Shown here in pieces: positions 19,901-28,514 of a stretch of DNA of 64,000 nt. The first letter of the stretch is position 1, and every line of letters begins with the position of its first letter. The notes under the pieces were generated by a model. The model saw only the letters and a program-made list of their open reading frames with translations, was not told the origin of the DNA and searched no databases. Source of the DNA: an uncultured Bacteroides sp. (GTDB lineage: Bacteria; Bacillota; Clostridia; Oscillospirales; Ruminococcaceae); NCBI GenBank assembly GCA_964371535.1, contig CAYJMH010000010.1:2607-66606 (forward strand), given 5' to 3'. A program made the position numbers and the translations under genes.

Positions 19901-21340
19901 TATGAGTGCTATATTGCACTTGCACGCTCTTATGAATATAGGGCAGACTGCCACGGTGCCATTGGCAACAGGGAGAAGGCTATTGAGGATTATAAAGAAT
20001 GCTATAAGCTTGCCGACATTATAACACATAACTTCCCGGTGAATGAAATGCTGACGGAAGAACAACGAATTTCCGATATTTTTGATGAAAAGTTTGGCAG
20101 AAGTGAGTTGGGATTTGTCTCGGTTATAAGTGAAGAAAAACTTGAAAAAGAACAAGTTGCCGTAAAAAATTGTGAGTACATTGCAAAGAATTTTGACGAG
20201 CCGTTTTTTAAAGCACGTTTAATTAGTAAGTATGTTGACCTTGCTTATCAGTTTGAACGTTTTAGAAAATATGAACAAATGTTGCAAATTCAATATAAAA
20301 TTGCAGGGATTTACAGGCAAGAGGGTGGAAACTTGCCCGAAGATTACCCGGGGCAAAGTAAGTACAATTTTATAAAAGCGCTTAATAGTATTTCAAGCAC
20401 ATTAGACAAGTTGGAAATCAGCGACGGAAAAATTGAAGTGAATGAAGAAATTGTTTTTGAGCTTGCAAAAAAAATTGACAGTGATGATTTTTGCTTCAAC
20501 GAGTATATAGCCGTTAGTGCCATCACCGCATTGGCACACACTTACAGCGAAAATGAGGACTTTGTAAACAGTGAGAAGTATTATAAAGAGGGGCTGAGAC
20601 TTTTTCAAAAAGTTATTGATAATTACGAGCGCGTTGTTTTGAGCGCAAGTAAAGAGGTTTTATTGTCACTAGACATTAGCGAAAATGCAGATGAAAGTAA
20701 ATTAAAGCGTGAGTGCGAAAGCAAAATAGGAACAATTGAAGAAGTTAAAACAGATATGTACAAACCGATGACTGAAATGTACATAAAAGCCGGCAGACAT
20801 GATGATGCGTTGAAGTACAACAAGTTGAAAATTGATTATATGCTTGAAAAGTATACATATGAGGACAAAGAAACAGGCGAAACTTTGTGTGCAATGTATA
20901 GCTTTAAAAATTTTGAAATTGTGGGGCTTTACAAGAAAAGGGCAGACATTTTTAGGCTTATGGGCGAAATGCAAAATGTTGCTAATGCACTTAGTGACGC
21001 TGTTTATTTCCACATGGTTGATAAAAACTATTCGGACGGCGCAAGAAAAAACGCAAAAAGGGCAAAAGAGTACAGTGAATTATGTGATGAGTACATTGAT
21101 GTTTTAAAGGGGCTGGGCATGCATGAACATGCAAAAATGCACGAGGATAAAAAGGCCGATGTTTTGACAAGCTTTGAAAAACACGAAGCCGAAAATGCGA
21201 TGAAAGCAGCAAAAGAAGGTACCAGGAAAAACCCTATTATAAAAAAGCATACGGACAAAGACGGGAAAGAAACAGGTGCATATATGCGCATATATGAGAA
21301 CGAAGAAGGCAAAGAGATAATAGAGATAATAGATTATTAA
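16985..21340 (+). CDS. DUF4062 + STAND/NACHT-like P-loop NTPase + TPR-repeat protein
   Basis: N-terminal IFVSSTFRDMQAER, VDLRWG, IGERYGWIP, SVTELEI (DUF4062); Walker A GAPGSGKST; Walker B FFIDALDQL; NPLY and FTH motifs; C-terminal helical TPR-like repeats. Confidence 0.85.
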   Translation: MKSIFVSSTFRDMQAERDALVLNVVPGIDTYAANFGQNIRFVDLRWGVNTTDMNAEESSRKVLKVCLDEIDKTRPYMIILIGERYGWIPEDKELMHRVAKEKGHELKNAEKSVTELEIEYGALGEKGLLENCLFYFREPLPQEIIPQDVKGAYIEKDAELENKLQNLKQRIKSAGGKIKHYTARWNEEKKALDIPRNFCEMVENDVKALFDAEFKETENLLPIEREQIFAMLFAQQKALQFAARFDLLRLFTSLIMSQDKNLLLIRGAPGSGKSTIMSKLAVDLIEKANVFFFSCGNTSLSQTVFDIVRGAVYYTETLLGKIEHYGEGENEKKHTFAEWASLLENLCGQYGEKYKKPLLFFIDALDQLAQDEDTRALKFLPYVLPPNVTFIVSALSDYETREMHPLHDRCAKEEILPLHDEQRAKVVYGILETYSKQLNKGVVDALIAAEGATNPLYISMMIQRLIMLDSDDFGVIAQFGNDMNAINKFLVDTINSTPNTVEEMSAEVLREAAHRINEDMIHVAALIATSRRGLREKDLAEIFKLGGKNWLSVDFASYIKYLKPFFIQRHDGRLDFTHRTIRLGFLNQIDFKKYNAQILTLLKQTNLTDSLRISETIYHALKQEDYKFAIEHVADIDLKCRAKNGTEISTTADEMYAMSVTEARYVDMLLFAFNKSTDKFKTRRNCNFFNFVINDFYNTFGDSDLEKDLLVMFLERIVISAQNLTGQFTNNEKLDTNLFKCYAELAKVHSWRNIYDDLLDIDFYDSNLAYLQKCKDAAVTLVKQYNTLKSRLNFFEIYYKLEDDCFGYASLLNMSATELEFQAIKTYEKLVNCGYYNMVEMYCNYCMRFAQRFTNKSIIAAKIVKEAYELTKNLHSTKGIGTAQYVTAALNLAYIYYRANMLSTAQPYFLEALGVCEELVRLNSSAKNYLLYAKTLRYYGLCLSKGGMSKQAIEHHTKSIEISDKYIITIGNYECYIALARSYEYRADCHGAIGNREKAIEDYKECYKLADIITHNFPVNEMLTEEQRISDIFDEKFGRSELGFVSVISEEKLEKEQVAVKNCEYIAKNFDEPFFKARLISKYVDLAYQFERFRKYEQMLQIQYKIAGIYRQEGGNLPEDYPGQSKYNFIKALNSISSTLDKLEISDGKIEVNEEIVFELAKKIDSDDFCFNEYIAVSAITALAHTYSENEDFVNSEKYYKEGLRLFQKVIDNYERVVLSASKEVLLSLDISENADESKLKRECESKIGTIEEVKTDMYKPMTEMYIKAGRHDDALKYNKLKIDYMLEKYTYEDKETGETLCAMYSFKNFEIVGLYKKRADIFRLMGEMQNVANALSDAVYFHMVDKNYSDGARKNAKRAKEYSELCDEYIDVLKGLGMHEHAKMHEDKKADVLTSFEKHEAENAMKAAKEGTRKNPIIKKHTDKDGKETGAYMRIYENEEGKEIIEIIDY

Positions 21341-21478
21341 AAATTAAATAAATAATTTTTTCTGTATTTTTAGTTATTAATGTGATATAATTGCTTTTAA
21401 ATATTTTGTTCACATATACGGCCAACACGGATGCCAACATTATTATTATACACATGCCGGAAAGGATAATAAACATAA

Positions 21479-22180
21479 ATGAGTTTTATAAAATTTACTG
21501 ATGTAAAAAAAACCTACCACATGGGTGAAGTAGACATTAATGCACTGGACGGCGTGGATTTTGAGATTGAAAAAGGCGAATTTGTAATTATTGCAGGCGC
21601 TTCAGGTGCAGGTAAAAGCACAATTTTAAACATATTGGGCGGCATGGACACTGCGTCTAGCGGCGAAATTATAGTTGATGAGAAGCGTATTGACAGTGTT
21701 AGTGAAAAAGAGCTTACAAATTACAGGCGTTATGATATAGGTTTTGTGTTTCAATTTTACAACTTAATGCAAAATTTAACGGCAATTGAAAATGTAGAGC
21801 TTGCAACACAAATTTCTAAAAATCCATTTAACATATCTGAAATAATGCGCAGTGTTGGCTTGGAAAAAAGGAAAGATAATTTCCCCTCGCAACTTTCGGG
21901 CGGAGAGCAGCAGCGCGTGGCAATTGCGCGTGCACTTGCTAAAAACCCAAAATTGCTTTTGTGCGACGAGCCCACAGGTGCGCTTGATTACAACACGGGT
22001 AAGCAAATATTAAAACTGCTGCGCAATGCATGCGACAAGCTGAACATGACTGTCGTTTTAATAACACACAATTTAAGTTTATGCCCCATTGGCGACAAGA
22101 TAATTAAAGTTAAAAGTGGAAAGATATTGTCTGTGGAAATTAACAAATTGCCACAAAACGTCGATAACATTGAGTGGTAA
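21479..22180 (+). CDS. ABC transporter ATP-binding protein (MacB/LolD family)
   Basis: [36 protein letters not shown]. Confidence 0.92.
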   Translation: MSFIKFTDVKKTYHMGEVDINALDGVDFEIEKGEFVIIAGASGAGKSTILNILGGMDTASSGEIIVDEKRIDSVSEKELTNYRRYDIGFVFQFYNLMQNLTAIENVELATQISKNPFNISEIMRSVGLEKRKDNFPSQLSGGEQQRVAIARALAKNPKLLLCDEPTGALDYNTGKQILKLLRNACDKLNMTVVLITHNLSLCPIGDKIIKVKSGKILSVEINKLPQNVDNIEW

Positions 22181-22197
22181 AACAGTGGGAAAAATAT

Positions 22198-25100
22198 ATG
22201 AAGAATAAAACAATTGCAAAACATTTGAAAAGGGAACTACGCCACTCAATCGGGCGCTTTGTCTCTCTTTTTGCAATAACAGCACTTGGCGCCGGCTTTT
22301 TTGTTGGGCTTAGCTCCAGTGGGCCAAACATGCTTTTAACAGCAGATAATTACTATAAGGAACAAAAACTTGCAGATTATCGCTTGCTTTCAACATTCGG
22401 GTTCACCGAAAACGACATATCAGCTCTTGAGGAAACGGGTGAGTATTCCTCTGTTTTTGCGGCATATGCACTAGATGTTCTTTTGCAGACACCGCAGGGT
22501 GCACAACCTGTGCGCTTAACAAGCTTGCCTGATGATTTAAACGCGACAGATGTGCTGAATGTTCCTGTGTTATTAAGTGGGCGCATGCCAACCGCCACTA
22601 ATGAGTGCCTTGCAGACAGTGCAAGCGGTGCAAAATTAGGCGATGTTATTACTCTTTCTGATGAAAATGAAGAAGATACACTGGATTTGTTGAATTCTGA
22701 ACAATTCACTGTTGTGGGCATTGCACAGTCGCCGTATTATATTTATTTTTCTCGTGGTTCAACTAATTTAAAAGATGGGCAGCTTGATAATTTTTACCTC
22801 GTGCCAGACGCTGCGTTTAACTCAGACTATTATCTGGAAGTATGGCTTCGAGATGCCGCCACCGAAGATATAAGCAGTTTTTCAAGTGAATATACACAGA
22901 TTCAAGATAATGCAAAAGATAGCCTTGAAAATTTCGCTATTTTGCGCTCAGACATACGATATGATGAAATATTGAAGGAAGCTAACGAAGAACTTAGCGA
23001 GGCAAATGAAGAGCTTGCAGACGGGCAAAAAGAACTGGAAGATGCAATTATAGAGGCAAATGAAGAATTTGCCGATGCACAAAGTGAGATAAACGAGGGT
23101 TATGCGGACATTTACAGTGCGCAGCAAGACTTGCAAGACGGGCAAAGCGAGATAAACAGTGCAAGGCAACAATTTGAAGACAGCCGCGCACAACTTGTTG
23201 CGGGGCAAGCAGAATACGATTCAGGGTTGGCACAGTATTATACAGGCCTTGCCGATTATGAAAAAGGCGCCGCGGAATTTAATAAAGCACAAAATGATTT
23301 AAATGCTTTGAAAGCGCAATATGACGCGCAAAAACTTGTGCTTGATGATTTGAATTTGCTTATTACCGCACTTGAAAGTTATAACACTTTGCTAATAACA
23401 AAGCAGACAGAGCTTAACGCATATGACCCTGCCCTACAAACAGCAGACTATACAAGGGTTGCACAAGAAATAAAAACAGCGCTTATTGATATTATAGCAA
23501 TTTTGCCACAAACTTCTGCACAAAAGCCATTATTGGATGCAGCGCTGACAACTATTACTACTGCCATTGACAATACTGACCCTTTAGTGCCTTTAAGCAG
23601 TGTGGGAACACAGCTTTTTGCGGAAGTATTGCCGCAAATGAAAATAGAAATAGCGACAAATGAGCAAGCGGTGATTGTACTGACACAAGCATTGGATACA
23701 ATGTTGTTGGCGCACACAGACGGACAAAACAAACTTAACGCCGAAAAACCGCAATTAGATTCGGCAAAAGCACTTTTAGAGCAAAGTGCCGCAACATTGG
23801 CAAGCAGTTACAATGAAATTCAGCAGGGCTTTTCTGCATTGGCACAGGCAGAAATAGACGCTGACCTTGTTGGTGCACAAGCGGAAATAAATGATGCCTA
23901 CGCAGAGCTTGAAGACGCCAAGATAGAATTGTATGATGCACAAAAAGAGCTTGACGATGCGCGCGAAGAAGCAGACATTGAATTTGCCGACGCACAAAAA
24001 GAGCTTGACGATGCACTGCTTGAAATAAAAGATGCCGAAGAGGAAATAGCGGAACTTACAGTGCCTGAATGGTACGTCCAAACAAGAAAAGACCAGCCGG
24101 GTTACAGCGGATACACGAACAGCGTAGACAGCATTAACGCTATATCGGGAATTTTTCCTGTGTTCTTCTATTTAGTATCAACACTTGTGTGCCTTACAAC
24201 CATGACACGCATGGTTGAAGAGAACAGGGGGCAAATAGGCACGCTGAAAACGCTTGGATATTCGCGCGCTGTTATTGCGTTTGAATATTTGCTATACGGC
24301 ACATTGGCAAGCCTTGCAGGTTCACTTGTCGGTTCAATAGGCGGCAGCTATATTTTTCCGCTTGCCGTGTGGGATAGTTATTCTATCATGTACACAATGT
24401 CAGATATGACAGTGAAAATACATCCACTTTACTTTGCCGCAAGTGTAGTAAGCAGTGTTGTTGTTACAGGTGCAGCAACGCTTAGTACATGTATGGCAGA
24501 ACTTAAAAGTGTGCCGGCAACTTTACTGCGACCAAAAGCACCACGTGCAGGCAAACGTATACTGTTGGAGTATATTAAACCTGTGTGGAATAATATGAAT
24601 TTTATACAAAAGGTGACAAGCAGGAATATTTTTAGATATAAAAGCCGCTTTTTGATGACCGTTATAGGTGTTGCGGGCTGTACGGCACTTTTGCTAACGG
24701 GGTTTGGCCTTAACGACACAGTAAGCAGCACTTTCCCGTTACAGTTTGGCAAAGTTTACACGTACGATGCATTTTTGGCGCTCGAGGATAGCTCGAATTC
24801 TACCGAGGACACAGTGCTAAATGAACAATTGGAACAATATGCCGACTATGTTTATTTCACACAAAAAAGTGTGAAAGTGAATTTTGATAAGCAGGATAGC
24901 GGAGAACTTCAAGTGGGGCTTTATATATCTGAAGAACCCGAAAAAATGGGGGAATTTATACACTTTTATGAATTTGAAAGTGGCGAAGAACTAAACCTTT
25001 ACGATGAAAACGGCGTGTTTATTACAGAGAAAATGGCAGGTTCACTTGGTATAAGCGCAGGCGATGAAATTACATTGGAATTAACGCAAGATGAGAAAAT

Positions 25101-25740
25101 AATAAATGTTGAAGTAGCGGCAGTAGTTGAAAATTATTTGTACCACTATGTTTATATTACACCGGAAATGTACACACAGCTTACAGGGGACAAGCCACAG
25201 TACAATGCGCTTATGTTAAGTGCAAATGAGGGCACACAAATTAAGAGTGCACTTGAAGTGCTACTTGAAACCGATAATGTCGCAGGCTCGCTTATAAATG
25301 AAGAACTTGAAGCAGAGTTCAGTGATAGCATGGACGGGCTAAGCAGTGTAATATGGCTTGCAATTATTTCGGCTAGTGCGCTTGCAATTGTTGTTTTGTA
25401 TAACCTTACAAACATAAATATTATAGAGAGAACAAGGGAAATTGCAACGCTTAAAGTTTTAGGCTTTTACCCGAAGGAGTTTGCATCATATATTTACAGA
25501 GAGGGCTTTTTCTTAACGTTATTGGGCTCTCTGGCAGGGCTAGTGGTTGGTGTGTATTTGCACGAAATTGTATTACAAATGGCAGCTGTTGACGATGTGC
25601 TATTCAATATTTACATCAAGCCAGTCAGTTTTGTGTTTGCGGTTTTATTCACGCTTTTTTCAATGGTAGTTGTAGATGTTTTAATGTATAGGCGCCTTAA
25701 AAACATAGACATGATAGAGAGCTTAAAGTGTGTGGAGTAA
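22198..25740 (+). CDS. FtsX-like ABC permease with a long extracytoplasmic coiled-coil insertion
   Basis: TMTRMVEENRGQIGTLKTLGY, PATLLRPKAP, NIIERTREIATLKVLG; acidic heptad repeats. Confidence 0.88.
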   Translation: MKNKTIAKHLKRELRHSIGRFVSLFAITALGAGFFVGLSSSGPNMLLTADNYYKEQKLADYRLLSTFGFTENDISALEETGEYSSVFAAYALDVLLQTPQGAQPVRLTSLPDDLNATDVLNVPVLLSGRMPTATNECLADSASGAKLGDVITLSDENEEDTLDLLNSEQFTVVGIAQSPYYIYFSRGSTNLKDGQLDNFYLVPDAAFNSDYYLEVWLRDAATEDISSFSSEYTQIQDNAKDSLENFAILRSDIRYDEILKEANEELSEANEELADGQKELEDAIIEANEEFADAQSEINEGYADIYSAQQDLQDGQSEINSARQQFEDSRAQLVAGQAEYDSGLAQYYTGLADYEKGAAEFNKAQNDLNALKAQYDAQKLVLDDLNLLITALESYNTLLITKQTELNAYDPALQTADYTRVAQEIKTALIDIIAILPQTSAQKPLLDAALTTITTAIDNTDPLVPLSSVGTQLFAEVLPQMKIEIATNEQAVIVLTQALDTMLLAHTDGQNKLNAEKPQLDSAKALLEQSAATLASSYNEIQQGFSALAQAEIDADLVGAQAEINDAYAELEDAKIELYDAQKELDDAREEADIEFADAQKELDDALLEIKDAEEEIAELTVPEWYVQTRKDQPGYSGYTNSVDSINAISGIFPVFFYLVSTLVCLTTMTRMVEENRGQIGTLKTLGYSRAVIAFEYLLYGTLASLAGSLVGSIGGSYIFPLAVWDSYSIMYTMSDMTVKIHPLYFAASVVSSVVVTGAATLSTCMAELKSVPATLLRPKAPRAGKRILLEYIKPVWNNMNFIQKVTSRNIFRYKSRFLMTVIGVAGCTALLLTGFGLNDTVSSTFPLQFGKVYTYDAFLALEDSSNSTEDTVLNEQLEQYADYVYFTQKSVKVNFDKQDSGELQVGLYISEEPEKMGEFIHFYEFESGEELNLYDENGVFITEKMAGSLGISAGDEITLELTQDEKIINVEVAAVVENYLYHYVYITPEMYTQLTGDKPQYNALMLSANEGTQIKSALEVLLETDNVAGSLINEELEAEFSDSMDGLSSVIWLAIISASALAIVVLYNLTNINIIERTREIATLKVLGFYPKEFASYIYREGFFLTLLGSLAGLVVGVYLHEIVLQMAAVDDVLFNIYIKPVSFVFAVLFTLFSMVVVDVLMYRRLKNIDMIESLKCVE

Positions 25741-25828
25741 AACTAAAAAGGAAAACAGCAATTTGCGTAGATACTGCAAAATAACATATTAATAATTTGT
25801 AATTTTAATGTTTTTGAATAAAATATGT

Positions 25829-25855
25829 TATTTTCAACTGTTTTCTTGACGATAT
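25829..25855 (+). promoter_or_regulatory. sigma-28-like promoter of the chemoreceptor gene
   Basis: TATT-N15-GACGATAT about 50 bp upstream of the MCP start. Confidence 0.4.
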
Positions 25856-25904
25856 ATTTATATAGGCATGTTAACTTATTAACAAATTATCAGGAGATTA
25901 GAGT

Positions 25905-27257
25905 ATGGCAATAAATAAAAAAGCAGAACATGAAAAGCTTATAAAAATTAATATAGGTGTGATTTTAATAGGTGGCTTAGGATACAGCGTTTTGTATTTC
26001 TTAAGCGGTGATTTTGCGATGGCTTTAGGCATAATTTCGGTGACTGTCGTAATGACAGTTTTGGCAAGATTGTTGCAAAAAAAAGCAAACGAGGATGTTG
26101 TAATATATTTTCTAACGTCTGTACAATATGCTGCTGTTGCACTGTTTGGCCTTTTAGGCGGCGAATTTGCAGGAGGCTTCCCGCTAATAATATCTGTTGT
26201 TGCAATGAATACAATTTATTTTAAAAAAGTAATTGTTGTAATACAGTGGGTAGTTACAGATGTAATTATTTTAGGCTCGCTGTTTTTTATGGATGCACTA
26301 TATGGGAATATAGGCACATCGTTCCTTTTAAGAGGGATTATTGGCGTAAATTTTTGTATGCTGTTTCTTTATATATTGCTTGTTTGGATTTTGAAGTTTA
26401 AAAGTGAAGCATTAGAGAAAGCCACCACTTCAAAAAAACTTTTAGAGCAAATTGAAGAGCAAATGCGCGAACAAAAAGAGAGGGCAAAAACAATACAAAG
26501 CGTTTTCGACGGTATAAAAGAGAATTCAGACAACTTAAAAATTACGTCTGAACAAATGCTGTCGGTTTCGGGTAACTTAAGTAGCAATGCAAGCAACCAA
26601 ACAGAAATTATAACAGAGCTAGCACAAAAGAGCGCAGAGATATCTGATGAGATAAAAAGCGCAAAGGATATAGTTTATGAATCAAGCAATATGGTGAAAA
26701 ACAGCGCAAGAATAATTAAAGACAGTAATAATGAAATGGTTCAAGCTGTGTTAAGTATTGAAGAAATGGAAGAGTCTAACAAGAAGATAATTCACATAAT
26801 AGGGCAGATTGAAGAGATAGCATTCCAAACAAACATACTGGCACTTAACGCTGCAATTGAAGCGGCAAGGGCAGGTGTACACGGCAAAGGTTTTGCGGTT
26901 GTTGCCGAGGAAGTTCAAACACTTGCAGCGAAAAGCAGCGAAGCGGCAAACGCCACGAACGTGCTTGTTACAAATTCGATTTCTAATGTTAAACAAGGTG
27001 CAAAACTAATAAAAAATGCTGCAAAAAATATGCAAACTGTTATTGAAGAGAGCAATTTAACAGTTAATAAGGTAGAAGACATAAATGTTATCATAGAGGA
27101 ACAAGTTAAAACTGTTGAGGAGATGATGAGCCAGATTAATAGTTTTATGGACGTTATAACTCAAACATCGCAAACAGCAGTGCAAAGTAATAGCATGGCT
27201 AATGATATTTCAGAACAAATTGCACACATTAACAGTGCTATTAAAAGTGGTAAATAG
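25905..27257 (+). CDS. methyl-accepting chemotaxis protein with multi-TM N-terminus
   Basis: [33 protein letters not shown] signalling hairpin; SD AGGAG. Confidence 0.92.
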   Translation: MAINKKAEHEKLIKINIGVILIGGLGYSVLYFLSGDFAMALGIISVTVVMTVLARLLQKKANEDVVIYFLTSVQYAAVALFGLLGGEFAGGFPLIISVVAMNTIYFKKVIVVIQWVVTDVIILGSLFFMDALYGNIGTSFLLRGIIGVNFCMLFLYILLVWILKFKSEALEKATTSKKLLEQIEEQMREQKERAKTIQSVFDGIKENSDNLKITSEQMLSVSGNLSSNASNQTEIITELAQKSAEISDEIKSAKDIVYESSNMVKNSARIIKDSNNEMVQAVLSIEEMEESNKKIIHIIGQIEEIAFQTNILALNAAIEAARAGVHGKGFAVVAEEVQTLAAKSSEAANATNVLVTNSISNVKQGAKLIKNAAKNMQTVIEESNLTVNKVEDINVIIEEQVKTVEEMMSQINSFMDVITQTSQTAVQSNSMANDISEQIAHINSAIKSGK

Positions 27258-27278
27258 TTGGTGTGGTAAATAAACCTA

Positions 27279-27329
27279 AAAAATAACCGCTTGCAATGGC
27301 ACTAATTGCCAAAACAAGCGGTTATTTTT
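27279..27329 (+). terminator. intrinsic terminator after the MCP gene
   Basis: AAAAATAACCGCTTG...CAAGCGGTTATTTTT. Confidence 0.75.
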
Positions 27330-27598
27330 ATATTAAATTATATACTAAAAAACACAATATTTTTTAAAAATTGTGCACATTAATTAATATGAATATTTTA
27401 TTCACTGTTAATACAATGTTAAACAAAAACAAATTTTCACTTGATAGCACACTAATTTTATCACAAAGAAAATTAGTGTGCAATATACTTTGAGTAAAAC
27501 AATAAGTAATAAAAATAAAAAATGTCTGCACAAGAAAAATTGTGAAGGCAAAAATAAAAGAGCAAAATAGTTAACATTTTTTGATAATGCGCATATAA

Positions 27599-27627
27599 TT
27601 GACACAGTTGGGGTTTTGTTGTATACT
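27599..27627 (+). promoter_or_regulatory. sigma-A promoter of the racemase gene
   Basis: TTGACA-17 nt-TATACT. Confidence 0.65.
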
Positions 27628-27672
27628 TGCCCAATAAACTTGAAATTTTGAAACGCAAAAAAGGAGCAACAC

Positions 27673-28398
27673 ATGGAGCAAAAAAAGACACCTGAAGTAT
27701 TGGGCATTTTGGGCGGCCTTGGCCCACTTGCATCTGTGTATTTTTACGAGTTGATAACAAAACATACGCTTGCGCTTAAAGACCAAGATCACATTGATAT
27801 AATATTAAACTCACGTGCGACAACGCCCGACAGGACGGCGTTTATTTTAGGTGAGAATGCCGAAAACCCATTTGACATTATGGTAGAGGACGCAAAGCGC
27901 CTTGTGACTTATGGTGCCCAGGCAATTGCAATACCATGCAATACGGCGCATTTTTTTTATGAAGAGCTGGACAAATGCATAGACATACCTATATTGAATA
28001 TGATTGAACAAACTGTTATTGAGGCGAAAAACCGTGGCGGTGAAGTGGGTGTTTTTGCAACAAGCGGAACTGTGCAAAGCCGCACATACCAGCGTGTTTG
28101 TGAAAAACACGGCGTCAAGTGCATTTTGCCCGACGAAAAGCATAATGAATATATTATGAACATCATTTACGGCTGCATAAAACAGGGTAAGCGCGCCGAT
28201 ATGAAGCTTTTTGATGCTGCAACACAACATATGCAGGAAAAAAATTGTTCCTGTGTTATACTAGGCTGTACAGAGCTTAGCATTGTAAAAAAAGACGAAA
28301 AAATTGGCAATTATTTTATCGATTCGATGGAAGTGCTTGCGAAAAATGCGATAGAGATGTTTGGCAAAACGCCTGTCGGGTTTGATGGGCTTCGCTAA
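27673..28398 (+). CDS. aspartate/glutamate-family amino-acid racemase (aspartate racemase-like)
   Basis: GILGGLGP, IPCNTAH and LGCTEL two-cysteine motifs. Confidence 0.88.
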   Translation: MEQKKTPEVLGILGGLGPLASVYFYELITKHTLALKDQDHIDIILNSRATTPDRTAFILGENAENPFDIMVEDAKRLVTYGAQAIAIPCNTAHFFYEELDKCIDIPILNMIEQTVIEAKNRGGEVGVFATSGTVQSRTYQRVCEKHGVKCILPDEKHNEYIMNIIYGCIKQGKRADMKLFDAATQHMQEKNCSCVILGCTELSIVKKDEKIGNYFIDSMEVLAKNAIEMFGKTPVGFDGLR

Positions 28399-28514
28399 CA
28401 TTTAAATATTTACTTGCGATAATTTGTAAAATGTTGTAAAATAAAATAGATAGTGCCGACATTGCAAAAGAAACGCAATAATTAAAAGACATGTTTTGAT
28501 GTAGATGCCAAGCA

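Noticed and set aside
27444..27484. CIRCE/HrcA operator
   Set aside because: The arms resemble TTAGCAC but the spacing is 23 nt rather than 9, and no chaperone gene is adjacent.
28437..28462. sigma-28 promoter for the capD-like gene (TAAA-N14-GCCGACAT)
   Set aside because: The spacer is short and TAAA is ubiquitous here; too weak to call.
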